Shown here: positions 12,618 through 24,668 of the stretch, piece by piece
How positions within the stretch are numbered: position 1 is the first letter of the stretch
Layout: each line of letters opens with the position of its first letter
Assembly (NCBI GenBank): GCA_051362555.1
Contig: CM120640.1
Location: 22,988,225-23,052,224 of the forward strand
DNA length: 64,000 nucleotides
Source of the DNA: Lingula anatina
Lineage: Eukaryota; Animalia; Brachiopoda
Direction of reading: 5' to 3'
The notes under the pieces: generated by a model
Database searches by the model: none
Told to the model about the DNA's origin: nothing
Seen by the model: the letters and a program-made list of their open reading frames with translations, nothing else
Program-made: the position numbers and the translations under genes

Positions 12618-13770
12618 TAAAACTGTAATCATGGTATTTTATACCTATGTTCATTAACCGCTTTTGTTAGCATAATAACCAAAAAGAATTTGCTTAGTCT
12701 CTTTTTGACAGTAATGTAAATTAATGTACCAATGTTTTTTAACCTTAGATTTCTTTCAAGGACACGTAGTTGCCAGGTGGTTGATGTTTAATGTGCGTAG
12801 GTGCTACCCGGGGTGGTGCGTGTAAATAAATTGTAACATTGTTAAAGCAATTTCTTGGCGTGTCATTTACGATATTGCTGACGCTATGGAACTTCCTGAA
12901 ATCTAAAAAACGGAAATAGGTAATGGCGGCTAGTGACAAAGTATTCATGTATCTTTTGAAAGGATAAAAAGAAAGACGCTCTGAAAAGAACTTCGTATTA
13001 GTGTAGAATCTGAAGTGATAACTGCTAATAAAACGAGCCGTGTTTAATTATATTAGTTATTGATTGGCGGTTGTGATGACAGCCTCTATGAAGGTAGTTA
13101 CTAAACCAAAGATTTTTTTCAAAACCAAGCACAGGTACACATTTTACGGAAGAACTGAAAGGTTATTAATCACGTGTATTATGTGTTTAGAGTAGTTCGT
13201 TTATAATTGCTTTAACTCGCCTATACACAAGGTAATGGTATATGCATATTAAAAGCAAATTCTAGACGTATTTCATCCTTTTTATGTTCTTTGCAGGCAA
13301 CTTGGCCCCTATATATAAATGTCTTGTTTTATGCAGTGTCACGTATGTGTTTCCTCTGTCTTCACCACAGTTACTATTAGAACCTAAAACAGCATGTTGC
13401 ACTTCGTGAATAAAAGATTATTGGTATTAACCAGTAACAATCCTGAATATGAAACTGAGATAGGAAACATACTGAAAATATCTACCAGTTTAATTAATTT
13501 ATTCAGAGCTCAGGTAGTGCTCCCGCATCTTTACAGTGCAAATTGTTTCGCTGGTCGATGTCTGTCCCTAATTATAATTACATGAAGACACAAATAAGAA
13601 ATAGAAACAGTAACCAATATCTATGCAATATTTTTTCATCACAACATACTGTTTATGATTTAGGATATTAGTAACATATCATGCACTTTCACATTATTCA
13701 ATGTAGATCAAGTTAATTCTAAAATTTACACCTAATATTGGCTTTTCAGTAATTTCTCGTTTAAAAGTTT

Positions 13771-16700
13771 TTAACGCTGATAGTAACGATAACCCTCCCT
13801 TGACTGGTAGTCTGATACCGAAGAAGATGTGCGAGTCGCCGAATTGATCTCACAAAGTCTCGTCCCTTTCGATGATGCTCCACTAGACTGAAGGTTAAAA
13901 GAGGCACATCCTGGCGTTTTAACACAGAGAGCAGCACAAAGTATCGTCGAACGTACTTGTTGACTTTTGATAACGTGATTGTTTAAGGAAAAATTTTCTT
14001 CTGATCCGGTATAATGTTGTGATCGCTCTGAAATAGTTAAAATAATATAAGGAACGATAGATGTAGGCCTATATTAGTTCATCGAAAGGACACTAGGTAC
14101 ATGCCTTTTGACTAATTGATTGGAACTATAATATGTCATTGGTGGAAAATCCTACATGTCTTCAGTTTGCCTTTAGGAGACCTTCCGGAAATATGCAAAT
14201 AAAATATATATATTCAAAATCGTATTGTGAAACAAAGGCGGCGTACAAGGCTTGAATTCGACCTCGGGCTTCTCTGTATCTACTGTTACTGTATAATATC
14301 TAAAACAATTACGTTTTGAAAAAAAAAGTAATTTACCGTTGAGGTGTGTATCTTGCATATTGTTGCATCTTGTGGGAATAGTACAAATCTCTGATTCTGA
14401 AGATACCCCAGAACATGCGGCTCCCCCATCAGGAGGAGGATTGGTGCACGTGCGAGAACGTGTTCTGCTGCCTAGTTGACAGGTGACCGAACATGGGCTC
14501 CAGTTTTGCCAATCAGACCATCCACCATTGACTGGGAAAAGCCAAAAGTAAAAATCTGAGATGATCATCAATTCTTATAAACTATTTTCTTGTATAAAAT
14601 TCTCATCAATGCATAATGCTTTGATTCAGAAATTCTTATTCTTTGATTGTCAGTATAGAACGCCTACCGATTACATCCGTGGCCTCTTTGTAACAAGCAA
14701 AGTACTTGTTTTCTGAACACTGATTGTTATACCACCGCCAGTCCGGCGGCTCCAAGGAAACACAAGATTTACTGGAATCTGCGAAAAGAAAAAAATTACG
14801 GATAACTTCTACAAGAAAACAAAGTATTTTATTTACTTTATTTTCTTGAAAACAGGCGGGTGCTGGAAATTGCTTACTAAATTACGTTTCTAGATAATTT
14901 GCTTAGATAAATAAAAATGAGACTGAAATAATTTCAGATGTTATCCGACACTTTTTATGTGCTTTTTATGTTTTTATTGAATGATTCGCTATAGCGCCGA
15001 TAATGGTATTTTTATAGACTATAATCCGCACGCACCAGTGTTATCTGGTTGCCCTTTCGCCCAATTGGCGTACCCAAGTGAAGACATGGTCCCATCATCC
15101 CAATACCCAGTGGTTGTAGTAGTGTCCCACTGTAAACTGGTCCATATCCCAATCGCACATGCGCTGCCACTTGAAATTGGATTTTTAAAAAATTAATAAA
15201 AGTAACTGTTTTTTTCTTAACCGAATAACCAAGTTACAGGATACCTTAGCTGTTTCCAAAACAATGTTAATTTTCCAGTCTCCAGTCCTGATTTAAATCG
15301 GAAACCATGTATTGATTTCTGCTAACATTTTGCCTAACACGCCTCAATATGTGAAAAAATTATTCTACTCACCAATAGTTAATAATTTTCTTTTGTACGT
15401 ATTCCTGCTCTTCTGTGCTGTTAATAGTAGTCATTCTAGAGCCAGGACGGAAGGAGGTACACATTGATTTGGCGGAATCGTATTGTCTTTCCGATACTTT
15501 AAACCTGTAACACCAGTATGACCAGTTCTCAAAGCCATCGTCGCAGGTGCCTGAAACTGAACACAACATCACAGCAAATAAACGAAGTGCAATTTGTTTA
15601 AAAACAATGACTGTTCGATCTTGGACTTACGCCCACAAAATGCTCTGAATATACTTAATGTTCAAAGGAGCGATTACACGCATTGAAATATAGATGGGAT
15701 TGTTTTGCTTGGTTATCACTCTGTGAGCTGTAAAACGTTGTGGATCGTCTGACTTCGTAGACGCGCAGTAGTAATTAATTAATAGAAAATCATTCTTTTT
15801 ACACTCCAATATTGTAATAACTTTCCCCATTATAACTTGTTTAAATTCATTATACTGAACCCAGCCAATACATATGTATGATAAATGGCACTTTGTTTTT
15901 AATTACCGTTTACCTGGTAGTTTTAAATCGCAATCAATACATGGAATGACAAAGTGATGAAAAAACAGTACCGGTAAATATAGATATCATATAAGAAAAA
16001 CTGGGTTGCTCAAGCAGACCAGAAGCACACAAAGAAGACAATGAGATATCCTTTTCGTCAAGTACAAATATAACTTGATAACGAATATTAATTAATACAT
16101 CAGAATTTAATTTCCGCAGCGATCGACGATCCTGCATGTTTCTGATCAAATGCCGTCTACGAAGTTAGTGAAAACAGCTGAAAGAAACAAACCTAGAAAA
16201 AAAATGAACTGACGCCGGTAATCCTCCTGTGTTCGTACGATAACGGACGTTTTTGTCTACAGAGCAGCTCTAAGAATTATATTATAACATGGACTGCAAA
16301 CCTACATTTAATACAAGGACTGTACTAGGTTATGCATCTTTTGTTATTGTGATTATTCTATGTGGTGCAATCACTCATATCCCATTAGTGGCAAAATGAA
16401 TGAAAACAATTTTAGCATTTGTTCATATCGAAAAAAATGCAGAAAATTATCACCAGATGGCTAAATCAATCAGAATAAAGGGTTTGTGCTCAACAAATAA
16501 AAAAAATGCTATTATTTGCAAAACTGCATATGCTGCGAAAGAACAAATTAAAATACATATATCGAAAAGAAAAAGATAGGACAATTGGGTCTTTTAATCT
16601 AAATAGTTATTTCGAATATTCTATTTACGGTTTTTATCCAAGAAGTGATTTAGTCGTAATTCTTCTGTAAGCTGACAACGATTTTGCTTTTAACTGTATA

Positions 16701-16995
16701 GGAAACCACAGGAAAAATGCGTTGAGTCCATTACATCCATTATACATGGTGTCGTGTAAAAAAAATTGTTACGGTCACCTATATTTTGCAAAGATTTTTT
16801 GTATCTTATATACACAAATACAGAACAGAACAAAAATACAGAAGCGTTTTTTTTTATAATTAAAACGAAAACCGCCTTTAATAAGTATAAATGTATTTGC
16901 AACTCACCACTGTTCAACACCCCGTTCTGAACACTTGGGCAGATAAACAGCTCTAAAAGTAGGATGTATAAAATCATCTTCTTTTGTTTGAACAT
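13771..16995 (-). CDS. Secreted C-type lectin + thrombospondin type-1 + PAN/apple domain protein (~320 aa)
   Basis: Exons: 16995-16908 (signal peptide); 15550-15373, 15169-15036 and 14778-14668 (CTLD: [24 protein letters not shown]); 14531-14337 (TSP1: [22 protein letters not shown]); 14027-13771 (PAN: CAALC...CASFNL...CEIN). All introns are GT-AG, phases are consistent, total 963 nt. Confidence 0.88.
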
Positions 16996-18532
16996 AATCC
17001 CACTGCAGGAAACGGTGTTCAAGTCCTTGGACAACCTGAAGCTTGTGGCGTCTCTCAAAACAATTTATAAAAGATTGCATTGAACTTTGAACCGGTTGTG
17101 ACTCAAAAATGCGTTAGAAACATTTTGCCACAATTCAATTTGTCTACTCTCTGCGTCTTTGAGCATTTATACACACCGCTGGTCAAAAGTTAAGCAACAC
17201 ATTTTTTTTTCAAAATATATCGATAACATGAAGGTCATTTGTAAACATAAAAAGATCACAGTTCCAAAGTTTTATAGGTCTCTAATGGTTTAGACTTTCA
17301 GGCATAAAATTCCCAAATCTATCAATTCAATTAAACATTATTCATTCGATTTCAAAATGGTGCCACATTGGACCAAATAAGTAAGCTTACTTGTCGTTTG
17401 TGTCTTGGTGTATAGGGTTGTTGGGCGTGGTGCTTTGGATTGTAATCCGTTCCTTAAAATGCGTCTAGCGTTGTCTTGACAACATTTCTAAAGAACATTT
17501 CTAAAGAATACCAAACGCTTGTTGTCTTGGAATTTACTGGGACAACCGACAAGTGTCCTTAACCTTACATCAGTGGCCCAATTCGTTTCCAATAGATTTC
17601 TGCGACAAGCAATTCTAAGCTATTTTAAAGAAGTCAAAACATCGGAAAGAAACGCAGAGATGCAAGTTTTTGAAGCAAATTGATTGCACTGCATCCGAGA
17701 AAAGATTGCAAAAAACAAACTCTAAGGTTACAAAGTGCATGGTGGCAATAACATGTCTCAATGAATAATGCCAGTCTGATACAAAGAATTATTGATAAAG
17801 GGTTGAGTTTGTGTAATTCAAAATGCAATCAGGACAGTTTAAGTACTTGAAAATGGGGCTTGGTGGCCTTAGACCAACCTCAGTTTGAGAAAAACATGTT
17901 TCTCAAAGTTTAGTCGCGCCAAGGGGAAATTAAAACCAATCAAGATTTACTAATTTTAGACTATCACATATCATACTTTAGTTTCGCAGATTAAAATAGA
18001 TGCCTATCAACAATTTTTGTATTCTGTTTAAATAAAGAGGTTGCTAAGAGTACTAGCAGATATGACCAAAGTTTTTTTCCTTTGTTTAAAAGATGACATT
18101 TTCCTTTTAAATTTGTGGAATGTGGTTTCTTTGTGGAACAGCCCATATCAGACTTGAGGATCATTTACCATTGGCTGTTTCAAAAAGTCCTTGAGATTAT
18201 GTTTACTTTAATCAAGGCTTTGCACTTAACACTTTATCTTCTGTAATAGAAAAATAGTTTCTGTGTGCTTGAATGAACATTCAATCCAGTTTCTATATAC
18301 CTTCAATTAAGAAAAAGGCTTATCGTTACAAGTCTCTGTATCCAGGAAATGAAAACCTTATCAGGGTTTTACCAACATGGGCGTCCAATACGTAGATTCT
18401 AGGCTTTTGACTCTTAAGCTATACTAGACTGCTTATTGCCAGGTCATACATAACTTAAAGGAAAAGACGGCTTTAACTACAGAAAATGGTTCGTTTTAAA
18501 GTCACTCCCAAAAAAGCGTAGAACTGCCAGAC

Positions 18533-18895
18533 TACGGAGCTTTGTTAGTATCATATTAACTTTTTTCTATTTTCATTTAAGTTTTATTTTATGGAATTTT
18601 CACCGCGGTGGAAATTATTTTCACCGCGGTGTAAATTATTTTCCACCACGGTGTAAATTATTTTCCACCGCGGTGTAAATTAATTTTCACCACGGTGAAA
18701 ATTAATTCCCACCGCGGTGTAAATTATTTTTCACCACGGTGAAAATTAATTCCCACCGCGGTGTATATTATTTTTCACCGCGGTGAAAATAATTTTCACC
18801 GCGGTAGAAATAATTTTCACCGCGGTGAAAATTCCATAAAATAAAACTTAAATGAAAATAAAAAAAAGTTAATATGATACTAACAAAGCTCCGTA
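18533..18895. mobile_element. Foldback MITE with TACGG termini and internal palindromic subrepeats
   Basis: Near-perfect ~70-bp TIRs (TACGGAGCTTTGTTAG...CTAACAAAGCTCCGTA), a 7-bp flanking direct repeat GCCAGAC, and ~11 internal 21-22-bp units centred on CACC(G/A)CGGTG. Confidence 0.9.
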
Positions 18896-18975
18896 GCCAG
18901 ACAGTACGTTGACGTCAAAATTAAGATCAGGCATTATTTGTTCTTAAATAAATGGGTTCACGTCGCAGATATTAC

Positions 18976-21465
18976 TCAATCATTTGCTGGCTCATAATGA
19001 CGGTAATCGTATCGAGGTTGATAATCCCCGTACGCTCCCTTGATAGTTTTGTCGTTGAGCTCACAGTCCCTTTGGCCGTTCTCGTTCGGTGCAGTCTTCA
19101 AATTAAAAGATGCGCACTTAGCCTTCCTGAAACACCTCTGTGCGCACTGCACTGCCGTTTTCACGCTGGTAATTTCTAAAACGTGGTTTTCTAAAGCGTA
19201 ATTCCACGCAAGCCCTTTGTACCTTAGCGAAGGTGACACTGCAAAGAAAAATACTGATGTGATAAGTTAATGTTGATTTAGTGAAATATTTCTTTATAAA
19301 AATTGACACTGTTCATCAGTTCCACCCGTCCGAATATCTTTATTTCAATAATTAAAATCTGTAACGTAGGCTATGATTTTAGAGAATCGAATATATGATC
19401 TACGAATTCAATGATATCTGGTCACTCCAGAAAACATTGCAAGGTAATTGAGTATTTCATAACCTTATCGCTTGAAGTTTTATTGTTTGAACGTACAGAG
19501 CATGCCGGACTTCTCTTGACATTTTGGTGAAAACTTGCATTTTAAAAATGTGTCGGGAGTAGTTCAGCATCTTTGAATTTGAATTTCAGTTTGAATTAAA
19601 GCTATTGTCATGGCTTTCTTTTTTATTTGGAAATGTGTCGAGTGAACAATACGTGTCCGATGAAAACTGAGTAATTCATGGTAAAATTCAAGACAATTGC
19701 ACACCAGTAAGTCTTTTAGATAGTGCTTAAGTGCATGTAGTATATTCCAACAACAAACGAATGGACATGTATTGTTTATGCGCACATGTGGAAAAATGAT
19801 ATTTCAAGTCCGCTGAGCTCACGCAAAGTGTTGAAAGACCAAGGTTGTGTTTAGAATATACACATACATGTACATGTAATTAATCCCATACCAAAATGAC
19901 TTTCATCCATTGGAATTTATCGTTATTTACGGTACATACACCACAATGGTGTGAATCGAAAAAATTTTAAGAAGTGGCCCAGTACTAACAGTAATTAAGT
20001 TGTTCTTATACACAAAAACAAATCTGCGTCACTCATACATGTACTTACTGATCGTTACTGTAGGTGCTACTTTGCAGATATATGCATGATGCTCTGCGCA
20101 GTTTCTTTTTTGCCAAACCTTGCTGTAAGGTACCATGAGCGTGCACTGTTTACTGGTGTCTAAAGACAAAACAGAAAAAAATACATGTTGCTGGATGAAA
20201 TACTTGGGCTATGATTAGAAAACAAGACATCAATACACATCCGTTATTAATGATGACCACAGGTAACCATAACTTTACGCTGCAAAAGGTAAATAAAACA
20301 ATTAAAGTATAAAAGAATGCAGACACATACATAAACCCACAACCGTGAATTGGTACCTTTATTTTAAAAAAAATGAAGTAGTAATATGAAATTAACTGAA
20401 AGGTTTAATCATGAGCTTCAATCAAAGACTGTTATACAAGAGCCATTGTTATGCGCGTATAACACAAGAGAAATCACCTCCACTTGGTTCAAATGTTCCC
20501 CAGTCGGTATATGTGACCTGTGACCCACCAACACCGTCCCAATGACTGCGCCCAGACGAAGAATCACGCCACAAACTGTTCCATGTCCCTTGAGCGCAAG
20601 TGCTGCTACCCCGTGACGAACTTGAATGAACATTTTAAAGACAGTTAATACCCATCTGTATATTTTCTTTTACACCCGTAAGTTTTGTTATTCTGTTCGG
20701 GTGTGATATTTGCCCTACATGTATGCTTGCAGATAAATCACATTCAATGGTAAACTGGGAAAGATTATCTTTTAACCATTGAGGTTTATTTCATGAAATG
20801 TATTATCAAAATTTCAAACGACGCCTAGAGATTAAAACTTTTATCATTATAAAAAATTTAAGAAATACGTCAAAACATTGTTAAAAAAATCTTTATTATT
20901 ACAATACCCAGTATTCTGTAAGTTGAATGGAACTATAACTACAAATGATAAATAATCATATTGATAATACTTTGACACGTACCATTGTTCCTCCATCCTA
21001 TTATACAGGTAGGTTTGCTCCAGTGAACTGTGTACACTAACCACCTTGGCTCCGCTGTGTCTATTACATTCAGTCCGTGCCTCTGAGTACGACAAGGCCG
21101 ATCCTGGTAGTGGGGCAAGGAGGTAGCACCATCCGTTCCAATACTCAAAGTCAGGCGGGCAACTGCCTAGTGATGTATACCAAAAAATGCGGTTCATAAG
21201 TTCAGTTTAGGAACCTTGTTTATTCATTCTTTCCAACTTTTGGTATTTGAACGTCCCAGAGGTTCATCAAATAGTTGTCGACAAATTGTTACAATCACCC
21301 ACATAAGTATAAAAAAGACGAAATGAAGAAGAACAAGTTTCCCGCTTGAAGAACGTTCTAACAAGAATCAGTATGTTATGCCAATGTTTGCTTACCTGCA
21401 CAAAAGTTTTCCAACATGAGATGTAATAATAAAATGGCAATCACTTTCTGCAACATTCTGCTCAT
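18976..21465 (-). CDS. Secreted C-type lectin + PAN/apple domain protein (~256 aa), paralogue of the gene at 13771-16995
   Basis: Exons: 21465-21396 (signal peptide MSRMLQKVIAILLLHLMLENFCA); 21166-20983, 20620-20478 and 20159-20049 (CTLD: WCYLL, YTDWGTFEPSG, VWQKRNC); 19238-18976 (PAN: CAQRC...CASFNL...CELN). Intron positions and phases match the paralogue; total 771 nt. Confidence 0.88.
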
Positions 21466-22815
21466 GTTGTGCTTCCTTGGAGGCCCACTCAAAATGATAT
21501 TTTTCATATATGATATTACTATTTTATGAGCAAAACTGATATTTATCCTTGCGTTACTCATCAGCAGTTAATGAATAAATGGATGAATCTTCACTCGAAT
21601 GTAGTAGACTTCGAAAACAAAGTATGCGAACTGAAGAAAAGGTTTATCATTTACTCTTTTATGGTCACTCTTTGCAAATCAACAATGGCACCAAGGATCA
21701 TTCGGTACACTAACGACCATTATCAGTCGTGGCAGAAAGTCCTTCAGTGTCCGAGACCGTGTTGAAAAATTGACGTTCAACAAAGTGTATTCCCATGGTT
21801 CCCTAGGATTATCAGGACGTAGCAAATGACTTGTATACATGTATGTTAAAAGGAGAGTTGCGGGAATAAAAGTAAGAGATAAACACGAATTCAATATATC
21901 TGTAAACAAAACTTTTGCAAATTCATAGAACCATATCTTGTTTGGGATTTACCAAGATTTCAAAAGTGAAATTAGACAAGCTGTGTGGGTCCCTATGCTT
22001 ACAAAAATGCATCTTGCTTCAGATAAACCTACTAGGTATTCCATAATTTTCAAAAACAATTTATATTATAGAAGTTTTCATTGGTAATAGAAATTCATTA
22101 TAAATTTGTAACAATAGCTGAAAGGACCTATTTCTTGTACTATAGATCAACTTCATTTGTCCATTGCCAGTTGAAATCAGTTTGCTCTGTCCTCTCCCCT
22201 TCTATACTTGTCTTTTACTAGGTAAAAAGTTCATAGAAAGGGCAGGCCAGTAGAAATCAATATCGCACATAGAACTGAGAGACTTTAAAGACGTTATCTA
22301 ATGTTTTCGTCACCATGGACAAAACCGTTTGTTTTGTACTCTTATCATGTCTGATCATGTGATTTGAAAGAGAAACAATCAAAGACACCAACAGTCTGGA
22401 AATAAATATGTTACAATGCACTAAAAGGGTCTTATCCAATAACAAGAGTGGAATGCCCATTTTCTTGAATTGTTTCATGAAATAATCAATTGCCCTGTCA
22501 TTTATAATAGGGGGTACAGACAGGGGCGCAGTGCATGTAAACATAAAATGGTGAAATGAGGCATACTGGTCAGTTATTCTTTCCTTAATGGCGGCTAATG
22601 CAAATAAGAAACAAATAGGTGATACCAGTAGATCATGTAACTATTCTTTATTTCGTTGACAAAGCAAGAAATCCATTGACAAAATTAAAAAGCTTTATTA
22701 TTTCGAGAAAGTACCTTAATTAAGTCAAGAAATCAGTGGATAAGTTAATAAATTCGTTGTGATAGGTGTGACATGAATGCGTTTTGCATTTGTATTACAT
22801 ATACACAGATAACTA

Positions 22816-23062
22816 GGGGAGACCGGGGTTAGTTGGACCCCGGGGTAAGTTGCCCCCCCCCCCCCCCCATAAATTTATGACAAAGTAACTATGGGGTAAA
22901 AGAATTGATCACATCATTTTGTAAAGTGACCGCATCCCATAGTGCTAAGAAAGCGTCGGCAGTGAGTCCAGATGATATAATTTAGCATCTTAAAGTAACT
23001 TTATTAAAGAGATTTGATGGGAGGCCAACTTACCCCGGGGTCCAACTAGCCCCGGTCTCCCC
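22816..23062. mobile_element. MITE with TA target-site duplication (Tc1/mariner-pogo type)
   Basis: TIRs GGGGAGACCGGGGTTAGTTGGACCCCGGGGTAAGTTG / CAACTTACCCCGGGGTCCAACTAGCCCCGGTCTCCCC, with TA on both flanks. Confidence 0.85.
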
Positions 23063-24668
23063 TACCCAAGAATAAGCACAATAACTTTAACAAAACATAC
23101 CATGACGTATATTGTAATAATTAGAAGGTTTAGAAGAAGATTCTTAAGCTTAGGGCGCTGCTTTGTGAACAATCACAAATGCTTATTTCTCGACGCCGTT
23201 TAGTATTGTAAAACTTTTCTACACTACAAATTAAATAACGTTGGTCTACATGTACGTTATGTTATACTGAAAGACATCGTGTGCATGTGCCTTATAACCT
23301 GCCACCTGGTGTCACCTGTGACAATCACGTGACAGTGAACAGCACATGTCTGTTATACCAAGGAATTTTATCACTAAACCTCTTTGGCTATACTGAGATC
23401 GATTTTATGAAAGTACTGAGATTCACATAGTAGTTTCACGTTAAGGCCAAACTGTCATTGGCGTTAAGCCTCTTAAATGATAAATTGATAAATTGAAAGA
23501 TAAACAACTGAATAGATAGTTAGATTTACAAATAAATGAATCAAAATCTAAACTACTTCCCTTTATTCCACTGAGACTGGAAAAATGTAAATCGTTAAAC
23601 AACAGTTGAATAACGGTCGTTTTGTACGAATGTTAAATCTCTCTCTCACATGACCCACACAACTCTAATTGAAAGTTCATTGTTTTAAGTAATTGATAAG
23701 TTTCGCTGGTGTTTTAAATCTATGCAAACCAACCACTTCTTCAAATAAATTTTCTTGTACAGTAAACGTCTGTATTATCGATTTTTGTATTACTTTTATA
23801 CAACACAGACCTTTGTTTCATGGTTTAGAGGTTAGGAGCATTTTCTTTGAAATTGTGCTGTGTCAGTTTTTGTGATTGTTTTCTTTCTGGATCATTACAT
23901 AAGAAAATTACATAATTTATCGGCAAAATGGAAAATTGGATAACAATGAATTAAACAAAGAGTCGTTAGTCAATATCATGTAGCCAAGAAACGCCATGTG
24001 TTGACAAAAACAACTAATGTTGGAGAATAAAGGACTCGTCTTTGCAGGCGGTAAATCCTTTTCCTATATAGCTTACAGGGATAACAATTTTTCATATGAG
24101 ATTAACAATTCCACAAATAAGATATTGTAAACAACACAAAAATATAATAAATTCCATTTTACCAAAAAATTTTATCTCAATTATTCTTAAATCTGTTCTT
24201 GCCATCGGGTTCAACTATCAGAAAGTATGGGGGAATCAGTTTTATGGCGCTTTTCCTTCCAAAATGAAGAGTTGTCATCCCCTTTTAAGGCTTAATTATA
24301 TGTGACATGAAGCTTGATACTTAGTCATTCGAAAAATAAAATGATGTGTCAAACAAAAGACGTCAGTGCCATGTAAACCGGTGAAAACACTGTGCTTCAA
24401 GGTGGTCAATATCATCCATTGAAAACTTGAATAATAGCATTGTTAAGTCACGGCGGAAATACTGTGACTGCATGGTCAATTTTTTATCGATTTCCAATAC
24501 AAAAAGCAACCTGGAAGCTTGTACAGCATTTTACATTCACTGTCGCGAGACCGCTAGAACCAGAGCGGTACGGAAAAGGAGGAATCTCTTTTCTTCTGGC
24601 AATTCTCTCTCAAAAACTGATTCTGAACCACCCAAAGAAGACCTGAATAACCGACGGTGAAGACACTA

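Noticed and set aside
17170-17200. Tc1-like terminus TACACACCGCTGGTCAAAAGTT
   Set aside because: No matching opposite TIR or transposase remnant was identified, so it is not called as an element.
18595-18835. Palindromic repeat array resembling CRISPR repeats or operator arrays
   Set aside because: There are no spacers, and the array is enclosed by TIRs and a TSD, so it is MITE-internal.
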